Shown: positions 42,546 through 55,460, numbered from the stretch's first letter. The stretch is DNA of 64,000 bases from Eledone cirrhosa (GCA_964016885.1 OZ024740.1:424824001-424888000); one strand, 5' to 3'. Notes: generated by a model from the sequence alone, not told the origin. Translations and numbers: made by a program.

Positions 42546-43109
42546 ACAACGATAGACCCGCTTGTTACTAACCCCACTATATCACAAGCCAACTTATCTT
42601 TTCATATTATCCACTCACGATCGATAAATAAAGTACTATATCAGAGTGTTGGATTGGCGAAATTGTTGGAGAGTTGGTGAGATGGGGAGATAGGGAGATA
42701 TTTCGTGGTATTTCTTTTGATTTTCTGTTCTTCTGCCTCTGAAAAGAACTTTACATGGTATGGTTGAAGTTCCTATTATTCAAACACAGAAAACATCCAC
42801 TAAGATGCAACCACGTAGACGGCCGAATGAACCCACGCATGTATGAGCCTCAAAATCAACACACAAAACAATGTTCTATATAGCTTTTAGTAGTGGTCCA
42901 AAGACTGTTGCGGTTACCTGAATCAATATAGTTATTTTAAAAAACTCCTGTAAGATACCGCAAAAATATTCAAATCTTTCGCGAAAAATATTGTCTTGTG
43001 ATAAATACTTCTTGAAGGAGAATTAATCCTTGGAAGCAACTAAATTATCGCTTGAAGGAATGTTTAGATGAAATAATTATAAATAAATATAAAACAGATC
43101 TCCAGATCT

Positions 43110-43410
43110 AATGGGATGGTAAGACCCCTACATGGGTAATACCATGAAAAGCTAATCAAAGAGGAAGTAGACAAAGAAAATTCAAAACACTTGCTAAGAA
43201 ACGCTCGGCTTAAAGTCGAGGATGAAAGATTCTTAGTTGCAGCACAAGATGGAAGCTTCCCAACAAGAAATCACTAAAAATACATAACGAAGAACACAAC
43301 TACCGAATATGTGAAGTTTTGGGAGAAACAATTACCCTCATTATCTCCCGTTGCCTCGCCCCAAAGAAAATCTCCATAGATATGACAGAATTAGGTTTGC
43401 CATACAGGGC
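43110..43410 (+). mobile_element. Degenerate R4/Dong LINE fragment
   Basis: Manual translation RPLHG*YHEKL..EVDKENSKHLL..ARLKVEDERFLVAAQDG...RICEVLGETITLIISRC. Confidence 0.7.
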
Positions 43411-43589
43411 AATTTATGGTAGTATTATGTTCATGAATAGCCACGAGTCCTCCGTGCAGAAAATGTTAGCAACAGATGGACCATATGACCAGTGTAAAAT
43501 GTCGTCTTCACAAGAAGCGGAAGAACGGAAAACAGATGCTTCAACCTGGTTGGAGGAAGACTATAGCAAGGGTCAACGGTCATGTGATA

Positions 43590-43740
43590 AACAATAACCA
43601 ACCAAGCCGCTGAAAATGGTACCAAAACAGCCACCTTATTCAAAGATTTCGATTGATCCAAATTGATCAATGACCCATCGAAGCCAGGGTTTTCTTGTAA
43701 GTCACTTTTTCTGCGATGAATCACATAAGGTGGAGGGTAT
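43590..43740 (-). mobile_element. Tx1 RT fragment
   Basis: ENPGFDGSLINLDQSKSLNKV aligns with NEPGFGGALINLDQSKAFDRV of Tx1 ORF2. Confidence 0.75.
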
Positions 43741-44742
43741 CGTAGATAGGACAGGTTTTGACATAGACACCTCACATGAGGTGGAGGGTATCGTGTATAG
43801 GACAGTTTCTAACAGAGGTACATCGCATAAGGTGGGAGGTGTCGTGTATAAGACAGTTTCTGACAGAGGTACATCGCATGAGGTGAGGGTATCGTGTATA
43901 GGACAGTTTATGATATAGGTACATCGCATGAGGTGAGGGTATCGTGTATAGGACAGTTTTTGACAGAGCTACATCGCATGAGGTGAGGGGGTATCGTGTA
44001 TAGGACAGTTTCTGACAGAGGTACATCGCATGAGGTGAGGGTATCGTGTATAGGACAGTTTTTGACAAAGGTACATCGCATGAGGTGAGGGGTATCGTGT
44101 ATAGGACAGTTTATGATATAGGTACATCGCATGAGGTGAGGGTATCGTGTATAGGACAGTTTATGACAGAGGTACATCACATGAGGTGAGGCGTATCGTG
44201 TATAGGACAGTTTCTGACAGAGGTACATCGCATGAGGTGAGGGGTATCGTGTATAGGACAGTTTATGATATAGGTACATCGCATGAGGTGAGGGTATCGT
44301 GTATAGGACAGTTTATGACAGAGGTACATCGCATGAGGTGAGGGGTATCGTGTATAGGACAGTATCTGATATAGGTACATCGCATGAGGTGAGGGTATCG
44401 TGTATAGGACAGTTTCTGATATAGGTACATCGCATGAGGTGAGGGTATCGTGTATAGGACAGTTTCTGATATAGGTACATCGCATGAGGTGAGGGTATCG
44501 TGTATAGGACAGTTTCTGATATAGGTACATCGCATGAGGTGAGGGTATCGTGTATAGGACAGTTTCTGATATAGGTACATCGCATGAGGTGAGGGTATCG
44601 TGTATAGGACAGTTTCTGATATAGGTACATCGCATGAGGTGAGGGGTATCGTATATAGGACAATTTCTGATAGAGGTACATCGCATGAGGTGAGGGTATC
44701 GTGTATAGGACAGTTTCTGATAGAGGTACATCGCATGAGGGG
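43720..44742. repeat. 49/50-bp minisatellite, about 20 units, derived from Tx1 RT sequence
   Basis: Unit gaggtgagggtatcgtgtataggacagtttctgatataggtacatcgcat; its reverse complement encodes PIHDTLHLMRC versus Tx1 SIHDNLHLMRY. Confidence 0.9.
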
Positions 44743-44880
44743 GAAGATGACATAGGTAGTCCTGTTTCTAACAAAAGTACAGGAGTACAGCTAGTAGGCA
44801 CCTGTACATGACTAGTAGATGTGAGAGCACGGGTGGGTGTATATGTAGGAATGTGTATGCATCAGTGTGTATATGCGTAC

Positions 44881-44913
<33 letters not shown>

Positions 44914-45047
44914 GGAGAGAGAGAATGAGGCAGAGAGGGAGAGTGACAGATATCAAAGGATGGTTAATATGAGCTGATCAATAACAATTGAACGGAAGGA
45001 AAGTGTAACAGGGAAACAGTGAAACAGTGTGTAACTCACACCTAGAG

Positions 45048-45361
45048 CGAACGAGAGAGCGTGATATATATATATACAGAGAGAGAGAGAACGAGAGAGC
45101 GTGATATATATATATATAGAGAGAGAACGAGAGAGCGTGATATATATATATATATAGAGAGAGAGAGAACGAGAGAGTGTGATATATATATATATATAGA
45201 GAGAGAGAGAACGAGAGAGTGTGATATATATATATACAGAGAGAGAGAGAGAACGAGAGAGTGTGATATATATATATATAGAGAGAGAGAGAGCAAGGGT
45301 GAGAGAGAAAGGTAAGACGGGGGAGACAGAGCAAACGAGCGAGCGTGATATATATATATAT

Positions 45362-45365
<4 letters not shown>
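45048..45365. repeat. About 36-42-bp compound minisatellite (gaacgagagagYgtga(ta)n(ga)n)
   Basis: Seen directly in the sequence. Confidence 0.85.
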
Positions 45366-45424
<59 letters not shown>

Positions 45425-45770
45425 GAGAAGTGAGAGAGGAAAGAGAGGGAGATGAGAGGGAGAGAGAAATGGGAAACGGTGAGAAGAATGAGCGGATGAA
45501 ACTCTATAGCAAACCACAGTCATAAGGAAAGAAGAAGAAAAGAGAAAGAAAGAAAGAAAGAAGAAAAGAAAGAAAGAAAGATAGAAAGAAAGAAAGAAGG
45601 TGTTCAACAAGTAGCAGTAGTAACGTTTGAACTGGTTTCCTTCCTGACTGAAACTGATATCAATGATACGATTGATTCGTGTTTTTATGAAACTTCACAC
45701 TCGCTCCTATTGCTATACGATACCACCTATTGATCACATCTCTTGCTGCACACTGCTCTCCATATAGCAT

Positions 45771-45865
<95 letters not shown>

Positions 45866-45954
45866 TGTCTGGTGTTCAAGTAACGAAGTACGTTATTCTG
45901 TAGACAGGCACCTGTTACACATATACGCATTACATCTACACTCATAGAAATTAC

Positions 45955-46019
<65 letters not shown>

Positions 46020-46194
46020 CGTGTGTGTGTGTATACGTTTGTATATTTATATTTATATATATGTATGTATATATTTCTGGTTTTATTATTTTATAAACTT
46101 TTACCAATAGAAAGAGAGCCAGTTTCTAACATAGACACAAGAGTTGGACTTTCGACATCCTGAACTAGGTAAATATGTGTCTGTATGTCATGCG

Positions 46195-46622
46195 TAGAAT
46201 AGTCTCGGTGTTGTGACCAATCCTCTTTGATGTTGTCAGACCAGGATATTCTTTGTCTACCTCTTCTTCGCCCTCCCTCGACTGTGCTCTAAAGGATGGT
46301 TTAACCCTTTAGCATTTACATTACTCTATATATACTGTTGTATTTTTATGGTAAAGGCTTTACCTTACACAATTATCTCACATAATATCGAATCTATGAG
46401 ATTTTGATGTTGTTTATTTTGCGAACAATACCTTAATGTCAGTATGAGCGGCCAGTTACAGCTGGTTTGAACAGAAAGAGGTGATAGAATTCTGGCCGGA
46501 TATGGCCGGTTTAAATGCTAAAGGGTTAAGGCAAGGAATTGTGACGACATATATGACCATACCAGGAAAGCTTCCGTCTTGTTACCATCGCAAGGAGTGG
46601 TTCCTGTCTGCCAGAATATTTG
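46195..46622 (-). mobile_element. RTE LINE C-terminal fragment split by a MITE
   Basis: Translation GRQEPLLAMVTRRKLSWYGHICRHNSL / TIL*STVEGGRRRGRQRISWSDNIKE on either side of the MITE. Confidence 0.75.
46305..46525. mobile_element. piggyBac-type MITE
   Basis: 14-bp TIRs ccctttagcattta / taaatgctaaaggg with TTAA duplication at 46301-46304 and 46526-46529. Confidence 0.85.
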
Positions 46623-47969
46623 TTAAATTTTTTCGTTGTGAAATGGGGATATGACATTTTAATGTTTACAAGATCATTACCATTTTGCAAATTTTAATTG
46701 TGCTCAAACATGCTTTAAAAGTTTATAATCTTTAATGTTTACAATACGTTATTTTAGATACACAATGTTGATGTCAACAGTAGCATTAATATTTACAATC
46801 GAATTTCAGCACCATGTTTTCTCCTAATCGCGTCGTTCATTATTTGATTGGTCTCGTATCATAGAGGCATATGAAACATTGAAAAGTAAATCTGAATCTA
46901 TGTGCATACAGCACAGAATGAACTGGGTGATGTCTAAACATATCTGACAGATAAAATGACAAGTCAGACAATCATATTGGTGGCCTCCCCACAGCTCCGG
47001 CGGACAAAATGGAGGTGTTTCCCTGGAGGACGGATTACTGCCTGACAAAGCTGTTTATTTTGTGTTCAATGTACAGGATATGTAGCAACCTTCTGAAGCA
47101 CCTGTTAATCATGTGTTGCAATTACTGGGACTTCGTATTGATATCACAACCAAACAAGTGTCTTGTACTTATGCCTCGAGTTCACCCAAATCTTGTGAGT
47201 AAAATTAAGCATGGAATGTACCTATAATCCAAAGGTTCATACTTGTTATGTGCTGTGTCACGTTAAACTGGCTTGAAAATTACATTGAAAATTACATTAA
47301 TTGAGAGGTTACTATATTTTTTAAATAGTAACTTGTCAATTAATATAATTGCTGGAATGATTTTATGGGCATCATAAACCGACAGGAGTTCCAGGGGTGG
47401 ACCCCGAGATAGTTGATTCTGACTCGCTGGAAGGAGTGTTTAAGGTCTGTGCCCGCACGACCCTCTGAAGAAGAAGAAGAAGAAGAAGAAGAAGAAGAAG
47501 AAGAAGAAGAAGAAGAAGAAGAAGAAGAAGAAGAAGAAGAAGAAGATAGTTATATTTATTAATGTCTTTCTGGGCTGCGTGACGACTGATGTGGTATGCG
47601 GAATTATGGGGTTGTTCCAACATGGTTTGTTTTTCAGTCACTAATTGGAAGGTACTTCTATTAAGGAGGGAAATAATCAGATATTTTCGTAAAGACGGAC
47701 TCTACCTGAAATTCCAAGAAGAATTTAGACATTCTCGGTGTCATGTCGGGTCTGCTTGTGTGTAAAAATGACTGCAGGATATTCACCAACTCTCGGGTCA
47801 CGAATGATTGAGGGGGCTGTCAAGGCCCTTATTATACAGTGTCGGATTAAACTTGCATGGGGCTCCAGGCTGACTATTTTATTAGAGCTCTTATTATTGT
47901 GGGCGGTGGATTGGCAGTATCTGTAGAGGGTACATCAGAGAGTGACTGACTGACAGACCGACAGATAGA

Positions 47970-49430
47970 CAGAGAGACTGAGTGATAGAGAGAGAGACTG
48001 AGAGACATATAGAGAGACTGAGAGACATATAGAGAGACTGAGAGACATATAGAGAGACTGAGAGACATATAGAGAGACAGAGAGACATATAGAGAGACTG
48101 AGAGACATATAGAGAGACTGAGAGACATATAGAGAGACTGAGAGATATATAGAGAGACTGAGAGATATATAGAGAGACATAGAGAGAGACAGAGAGACAT
48201 ATAGAGAGACTGAGAGACATATAGAGAGACTGAGAGACATATAGAGAGACTGAGATATATATAGAGAGACTGAGAGACACATATAGAGAGACTGAGAGAC
48301 ATATAGAGAGACTGAGAGACAGATAGAGAGACTGAGAGATAGAGAGAGATATATAGAGAGACTGAGAGATATATAGAGGGACTGAGAGACATATAGAGAG
48401 ACTGAGAGATATATAGAGAGACTGAGGGATATATAGAGAGATAGTGAGAGATATATAGAGAGACTGAGAGATATATAGAGAGACTGAGAGATATAGAGAG
48501 GCTGAGAGATATAGAGAGAGGCTGAGAGATATAGAGAGAGACTGAGAGACATATAGAGAGACTGGGAGATATAGAGAGAGACTGAGAGATATATAGAGAG
48601 AGACTGAGAGATATAGAGAGAGACTGAGAGATATAGAGAGAGACTGAGAGATATAGAGAGAGACTGAGAGACATAGAGAGAGACTGAGAGACATATAGAG
48701 AGACTGAGAGATATATAGAGAGAGACTGAGAGACATAGAGAGAGACTGAGAGATATATAGAGAGACTAAGAGACATATAGAGAGACTGAGATATATATAG
48801 AGAGACTGAGATATATATAGAGAGACTGAGAGACATATAGAGAGACTGAGAGACATATAGAGAGACTGAGAGATATATAGAGAGATACTGAGAGATATAT
48901 AGAGAGACTGAGAGACATATAGAGAGACTGAGAGACATATAGAGAGACTGAGAGACATATAGAGAGACTGGGAGACAGATAGAGAGAGTCTGAGAGATAT
49001 ATAGAGAGACTGAGAGATATATAGAGAGACTGAGAGACATATAGAGAGACTGAGAGATATATATAGAGACTCAGAGATATAGAGAGAGACTGAGAGACAG
49101 ATAGAGAGACTGAGATATATATAGAGAGACTGAGAGACATAGAAAGAGAGAGAGACTGAGAGACATCAAGAGAGGCTGAGAGATATAGAGAGACTGAGAG
49201 AGATAGAGAGAGACTGAGATATATATATAGAGACTGAGAGACATATAGGGAGACTGAGAGACATATAGAGAGACTGAGAGACATAGAGAGAGACTGAGAG
49301 AGATAGATAGAGACTGAGCGATATATATAGAGACTGAGAGACATATAGAGAGACTGCGAGATATATAGAGAGACTGAGAGACATATAGAGAGACTGAGAG
49401 ATAGATAGAGAGACTGAGAGATAGAGAGAG
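47970..49430. repeat. Degenerate 20/22-bp minisatellite (gagagacatatagagagact)
   Basis: Seen directly. Explains the SLSI/YLSV-type spurious ORFs. Confidence 0.95.
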
Positions 49431-49751
49431 TGACAGGGCCGTCAGACAGGCTGGCATAGAGGCAAGAGAAGGCAGGGTAAGAAGTTGAAGCAAACCTGGT
49501 TAATATAACATTGTCACTATTTCAATAGTAAGATAAAGTGACGCGAATATTTATTCTGACAAAACATTACCCAAACAGGCAAAAGTGTCGATTGCTCCCA
49601 CATCACCCTAATCCCACACATCCCTTCACCCCACTTCACCCTCTCTCCCACACCACCTACATCCCACATCACACTATCTCCCATCTTTCCCTCCTCCCTG
49701 ACACTCTACTTTTAAGCCATGTATGTTTGTTTATTTATATAGCTAACCAAT

Positions 49752-49786
<35 letters not shown>

Positions 49787-50304
49787 TTACACTCACACAC
49801 ATACATACATACATACACACACACAGATATATATATATATATTAGCGTATGGTGTTAACCGTCGAAGAAACAACACAGTGTTCAGTCGGGCCCATGTACC
49901 AAGAAAAGAGGAAGTTACTGCTTTTTTTTCAAATTTAAAGTTTTTTGTTAAGAACTTTCAATGTTTTGAAGTTTTTTTTATAGGTTTTGCCGTCAGAAGA
50001 GCTCAGGCTATCGTAACTGATAGTCCTCTGCGAAATATGTATAACGTCTGAAGAGCTCAGGCTATCATAACTGATGGTCCTCTGCGAAATATGTATAACG
50101 GTATAACGAAGTTTTAAATTAACTTGAATCAACTTATTATGGCCTCCGATCTTTTGATAATATATTCGAAGTTAACATATTACGTACGCTACTACCCCAA
50201 GCATCGTGTACTCTGCTGAGTAAAGGTCTGGCTGGTTTTTACCGCCACCATTCTCTCCAATACCATCCCGCCCGTCCTCTCTATGTATCTTAATTATCAT
50301 TCTT

Positions 50305-50340
50305 TCTTCTGATGAATGACTAGCGTCCGAAACGTTCAGA
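50305..50340 (+). ncRNA. Minimal hammerhead ribozyme motif (Penelope-type), stem I degenerate
   Basis: CTGATGA-atgac-tagc-gtcc-GAAACGTTC with palindromic AACGTT. Confidence 0.55.
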
Positions 50341-50475
50341 CCCTCTTCCTGCTATATCAAGCGTTAACCTAATATATCCTTCTATATACTGTACCAATTG
50401 TGTTGTTATCTCTGTTTACCTTCTACATACATATATACATACATACATACATACATACATACATACATACATACA

Positions 50476-50886
50476 TGGTGGCTGCCAACTCGTTTTCGAG
50501 TACGGCCACTACTTTATATCCATGTAGGAGAACCCCTACCGATGCGCTGAACGAGTGTGAATTTTTAGTCCAGCCAGCGACTTGAAAACTCTGGTACAAA
50601 CACTACACTTGTGACAATTATTGACACATAGTGCTGGGCCCATGGTACCATGTAACGAAGAGTGCAGAGAGATCTCCAGACAGAAAGCAATGCCTGTGCC
50701 GTGAAGCTTTTATAGTGAGCAAAGGCACTGCACAAAGCCAGTCCCACTCTCTTAACCAAGATGATATTTACCAAAAAGAAGAACAAGTCAACATCATTGG
50801 ATACCATCAGAGTTGCAGGTGTTATATCAGAGTTTTCCTTCTCCTAGAATTCTGCCTTGACAAAGGCTAAGGGGTCATCTCTCCCA
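50476..50886. mobile_element. Dispersed repeat (SINE/LINE-tail-like), paralog at 63690-63890
   Basis: Shared blocks tggctgcc..ctc.tt.tcgagta.ggcca, gcaatgcctgtg, tcccactctct and tcaacatcattgg.tac. Confidence 0.55.
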
Positions 50887-50954
50887 TACATACATACATA
50901 CATACATACATACATACATACATACATACATACATACATACATACATACATACA

Positions 50955-51029
50955 TTTCTTTTCTTTTACAACCTTGCCACCAGGAAGGTGGCCGGTCAAA
51001 AAAATATACTCAAAATTAAGAGAAAGAGA

Positions 51030-51032
<3 letters not shown>
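50955..51032 (+). mobile_element. About 78-bp 3' end of the R4/Dong element seen at 1209-1594, in (CATA)n
   Basis: Near-identical to the reverse complement of 1209-1283; flanked by CATA repeats on both sides. Confidence 0.85.
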
Positions 51033-51118
<86 letters not shown>

Positions 51119-51119
51119 A

Positions 51120-51916
51120 TTTGTTTACCCTCGCGTCCCCTTTATTTACGTGTCCCAACGTCTTTTTTTAGCCGTTGCTCGCACCAACCGGAGGTATATG
51201 GTCTTTAAAGCGATGAAATGCCTATGATGGTTGGAAGATCATTGATGAAGGACAAACTTTTTTCATATGTAACCCATTTGCAACTCCGCAGCGCCCTTAT
51301 TTTCATATTTACACATATTTTTTCCTCTGCTGTTACCTGTCTTTTTCGTTCTATGTATCTTTACCCTTTCTAGCAGTCTCTCTCTCTCTGTTAGCCTCTT
51401 CCTCACCCTTCACTCACTCATTCTCTGTCACTACCTCTCCTCCTCCCCTTTCTTCCCGTTTGACCTGTGTGTAATTCTTTTCTCCCGCACGCTGACCAAG
51501 CTGGTATGAATTTTTTCTCTCTCTCGTCTACGATTTCACAGAACTTATGTTTACCGAATTCGGAGACCAGACCCCTTCTTCCTCCCGTTAGACCTGTGCG
51601 AAATTCCTTCCTTGCTCACATTTAAACCAGGTTTGATGGTCTTTATTCTCTCGTTCACGATTTCACCGAATTTAAATTCATAGAAATCTGGGACTTGTCT
51701 CTTTCTTCCTCACTTTCTGTTGCTTCACCATTTTGTTTGTTTACCCTCGCGTCCCCTTTATTTACGTGTCCCAACGTCTTTTTTTAGCCGTTGCTCGCAC
51801 CAACCGGGGGTATATGGTCTTTAAAGCGATGAAATGCCTATGATGGTTGGAAGATCACTGACGAAGGACAAACTTTTTTCATATGTAACCCATTTGCAAC
51901 TCCGCAGCGCCCTTAT

Positions 51917-51924
<8 letters not shown>
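51120..51924 (+). mobile_element. Non-coding family F: 616-bp unit with 189-bp terminal direct repeats, in (TA)n
   Basis: 51120-51308 is repeated at 51736-51924. Contains CTGACGA (51858) and an upstream GAAA. Confidence 0.75.
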
Positions 51925-51980
<56 letters not shown>

Positions 51981-51984
<4 letters not shown>

Positions 51985-52452
51985 ATAATAATAAACTCGT
52001 ATGTGTGTCTGCATTTTGTACACACCTACACCTACACACATACACACACGCAGCCACACACACATATACATACATACATATATACATATATATATATATG
52101 TGTGTGTATATATATATATCCCACATACATATATATATAAATCCCATATATATATATAGTAATAATAATTCTAATAATAATAAATTTGAAGACTAAAATC
52201 CAAAGAGGGCTCGATAAGAATAAATATATATCAAATATATAAGAACCGTAGAGCAAATATTTATTAAAATAACAGATTAAAGTTTAAGCAAAGAATCGCT
52301 GCTTTCACCCTTAACGGGATCTTCTGAAACTAACACATTCAATCTGTATATATTTTTGAAATATCCACTTCTGCGTTTACAGATTGACTTTTTAGTTTCA
52401 GAAGATCCCGTTAAGGGTGAAAGCAGCGATTCTTTACTTAAACTTTAATCTG

Positions 52453-52460
<8 letters not shown>
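51981..52460. mobile_element. Family B copy 3, carrying about 165 bp of flank duplicated from 39893-40055
   Basis: 51995-52157 matches 39893-40055. HHR-like motif at 52394-52444. Confidence 0.8.
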
Positions 52461-52534
<74 letters not shown>

Positions 52535-52535
52535 T

Positions 52536-52566
52536 CTGAAGATCATCTAAGGTGAAACAATTGTTC
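52536..52566 (+). ncRNA. Hammerhead motif, family G (5' stem I lost)
   Basis: CTGAAGA-tcatctaaggt-GAAACAATTGTT; inverted paralog at 53136-53179. Confidence 0.6.
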
Positions 52567-52688
52567 TTGGTATGGTGAACTAACTGTTGTGTTTTACTTC
52601 TACCTAACTCGTCCCATGAACTTAGTGCTCTACCACACCGGATATTACCTTCCAGTGTTTTACCTAACTCTCTCGCTCTCTCTCTCTC

Positions 52689-52753
<65 letters not shown>

Positions 52754-52755
<2 letters not shown>

Positions 52756-52878
52756 CGAAGGAAGTGGGGTAGGGAACCAGGTGGACCATAACGCAACAGA
52801 GTACTCGATACTATGGGTAGTAGAGTGGGTAACTAGCTGTCGAAACGGCCGGAGCTCAGCCGTCGGGGTCCTGACTCT
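52754..52878. mobile_element. Family A copy
   Basis: ggaaccaggtggaccataacgca...gggtagtagagtgggtaa joined to tagctgtcGAAAcggccggagctcagccGTCggggtc. Confidence 0.75.
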
Positions 52879-53135
52879 TTTCCTATATATACAGGTTGTT
52901 TTTATTAACCTGTTGGTTTTCTCGTTGCTTCGGTGTCGTGGCTGGGCTTGCCTGCCACAGTTTCAATCTGTTATGCCGTCTAACGAATGTTGTTACTCTG
53001 AGATTCCTCATCGAGTGCTCGGCTGCCCAATTCCTCATTGTATCTCGTTGGCTTGGCTACAGACGAAGCTTCGATTTTACTAAACTTCCATTTATATATA
53101 TATATATAAGTGGTAACACAACAGTTAGTTCACCA

Positions 53136-53179
53136 TACAGAGAACAATTGTTTCACTTTATGCGGATCTTCAGCTCGTA
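53136..53179 (-). ncRNA. Complete minimal type I hammerhead ribozyme motif, family G
   Basis: tacGAG-CTGAAGA-tccgcataaagt-GAAACAATTG-TT-CTCtgta: stem I gag/ctc, palindromic ACAATTGT stem III, GUU site. Stem II is weak. Confidence 0.65.
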
Positions 53180-53259
53180 CTGGTCGTGGGTATGTTCCGT
53201 ATAACCATGACCGTATATATATATATATATATATGTTTTATATATATATATATATACGG

Positions 53260-53294
<35 letters not shown>

Positions 53295-53318
53295 GTTTTA
53301 TATATGATTTATATATAT

Positions 53319-53357
<39 letters not shown>

Positions 53358-53361
<4 letters not shown>

Positions 53362-54465
53362 ATAATAATAAATTTGAAGACTAAAATCCAAAGAGGGCTC
53401 GATAAGGATAAATATATATCAAATATATAAGAACCGTAGAGCAAATTTTTATAAAAATAACAGATTAAAGTTTAAGCAAAGAATCGCTGCTTTCACCCTT
53501 AACGGGATCTTCTGAAACTAACAAAGTTAATCTGTGAACGCAGAAGTGAATATTTCAAAAAACGTTGCAACCGGAGGAAGACAGGAAGACGATACTTTGG
53601 TTCGTGGAAACTTTGTATTTTGGTTGACATACGTCTCCGAACATTTGTGTATTTATATGTAGGTATGTGTATGCGCTTGTTATATACGTATTTATTTATT
53701 TATATACGTTTATTTAATTATATGTATACACGCACACACACACACACATATATATATATACTTTTTTAAATATATGTGTATTTGTTGTATAAATTCGTAT
53801 GCGTGCGGGTACAGGCGTTACGTGGGTTCTGTATGTGCGTGCGGGTTTTTTTTTTTTTTTTTAAATTTTGGTGTGTACATGAGTGTATTTGTATACCTAT
53901 GGCGAGGTTTTTCGCGCATGCTTGTGTATGTACGTATATGGATGCGTGTATGTATTTATTTAATTTCAATTACCTCTGTATTTTATTTACTTTATTCTTA
54001 ACTCTGAAGCCGAGAATCATTCGGTTTCCTAGTTAGAATTTTAGTCTACGACTTCAGTTATACCATTTACGTGGTTTTGTCTTTGCGTACAATTGTTCTC
54101 TACGCTCCACATATGACGTATTATCTTCGTTTTTTCCGTTCATTGTCAGAGAACGTCTCTATGAACCATCTAAGAGAACATTAGTCTACGACTTCTTTTA
54201 TACCATAAACGTGGTTTTGTCTTTGCATGTAATTGTTTTTCACCACTCCAAATAATGACGTTTATATTCTTTTTTTCCCTTTCTTTGCCAGAGAACGTTT
54301 CCATGAACCAAAGTATCGTCTTCCTGTCTTCCTCCGGTTGCAACGTTTTTTCAAATATTCACTTCCGCGTTCAGTTTGTTAGTTTCAGAAGGTGTTAGTT
54401 TCAGTTAATTCAGTTAAGGGTGAAAGCAGCGATTCTTTGCTTAAACTTTAATCTGTTATTTTAAT
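53358..54465. mobile_element. Family B copy 4: long fold-back with about 680-bp loop
   Basis: 53455-53611 is inverted relative to 54297-54463. The loop contains a diverged internal duplication (about 54040-54170 and 54180-54310). Confidence 0.75.
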
Positions 54466-54486
54466 ATATATATATATATATATATA

Positions 54487-55450
54487 TAAATTGAAACAAA
54501 ATGAAAACGAAATTTCATTTCTCACTCTTAGTATGGCACTTACTTAAATGTAAGTATGCATGTATACGTACATACATATATGTATACAGACGTACAGTAG
54601 CATGCACATATATATATATATATACATATATACATACATATGCATACAGGTACACATACATATATGCACGTATCAGTTTAGCGGCGCTAACGTCGCTTTG
54701 TTCGTTTGTAAACAAACTGAACAGCCTGAATTTATGCCATACGGTGTTAAGGCAACCACGTCACCTTTTTGTTCAACACTGACACAGGAACGATGTACTA
54801 GTTTCAAGCTTGTTAGCTATCATCAGCACGGTTTACCCATCTGCCAGATAGTTGAACGTTCGAAAGTATATACTTTCCTTATGAAAATTAACGTCTGAGC
54901 AGCCTAATTTGCATATTGAGTGAGTTAAATCGGTCAGGCATACCGAAAACGATAAATTGAAACAAAATGAAAACGAAATTTCATTTCTCACTCTTAGTAT
55001 GGCACTTACTTAAATGTAAGTATGCATGTATACGTACATACATATATGTATACAGACGTACAGTAGCATGCACACATATATATATATATACATATATACA
55101 TACATATGCATACAGGTACACATACATATATGCACGTATCAGTTTAGCGGCGCTAACGTCGCTTTGTTCGTTTGTAAACAAACTGAACAGCCTGAATTTA
55201 TGCCATACGGTGTTAAGGCAACCACGTCACCTTTTTGTTCAACACTGACACCGTATGGCATAAATTCAGGCTGTTCAGTTTGTTTACAAACGAACAAAGC
55301 GACGTTAGCGCCGCTAAACTGATACGTGCATATATGTATGTGTACCTGTATGCATATGTATGTATATATGTATATATATATATATATATATGTGCATGCT
55401 ACTGTACGTCTGTATACATATATGTATGTACGTATACATGCATACTTACA
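54487..55450 (-). mobile_element. Retrozyme/Penelope-like non-autonomous element: 466-bp unit x1.6 plus inverted 200-bp arm
   Basis: 54487-54785 is repeated at 54953-55251. 55250-55450 is the reverse complement of about 55013-55212. HHR at 54791-54830. Confidence 0.8.
54791..54830 (-). ncRNA. Canonical minimal hammerhead ribozyme motif
   Basis: gtg-CTGATGA-t-agct-aaca-agct-t-GAAACTAG-TA-cat: stems I and II present, palindromic ACTAGT, GUA cleavage triplet. Confidence 0.75.
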
Positions 55451-55460
55451 TATATATATA

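Noticed and set aside
46820-47230. Possible host exon in unique-looking sequence
   Set aside because: Only short ORFs with no recognisable motif or convincing splice pair.
52930-53020. Possible degenerate HHR on the minus strand (CTCGATGA...agattGAAActg)
   Set aside because: Both the core and the cleavage triplet deviate, and there is a single copy; not supportable.
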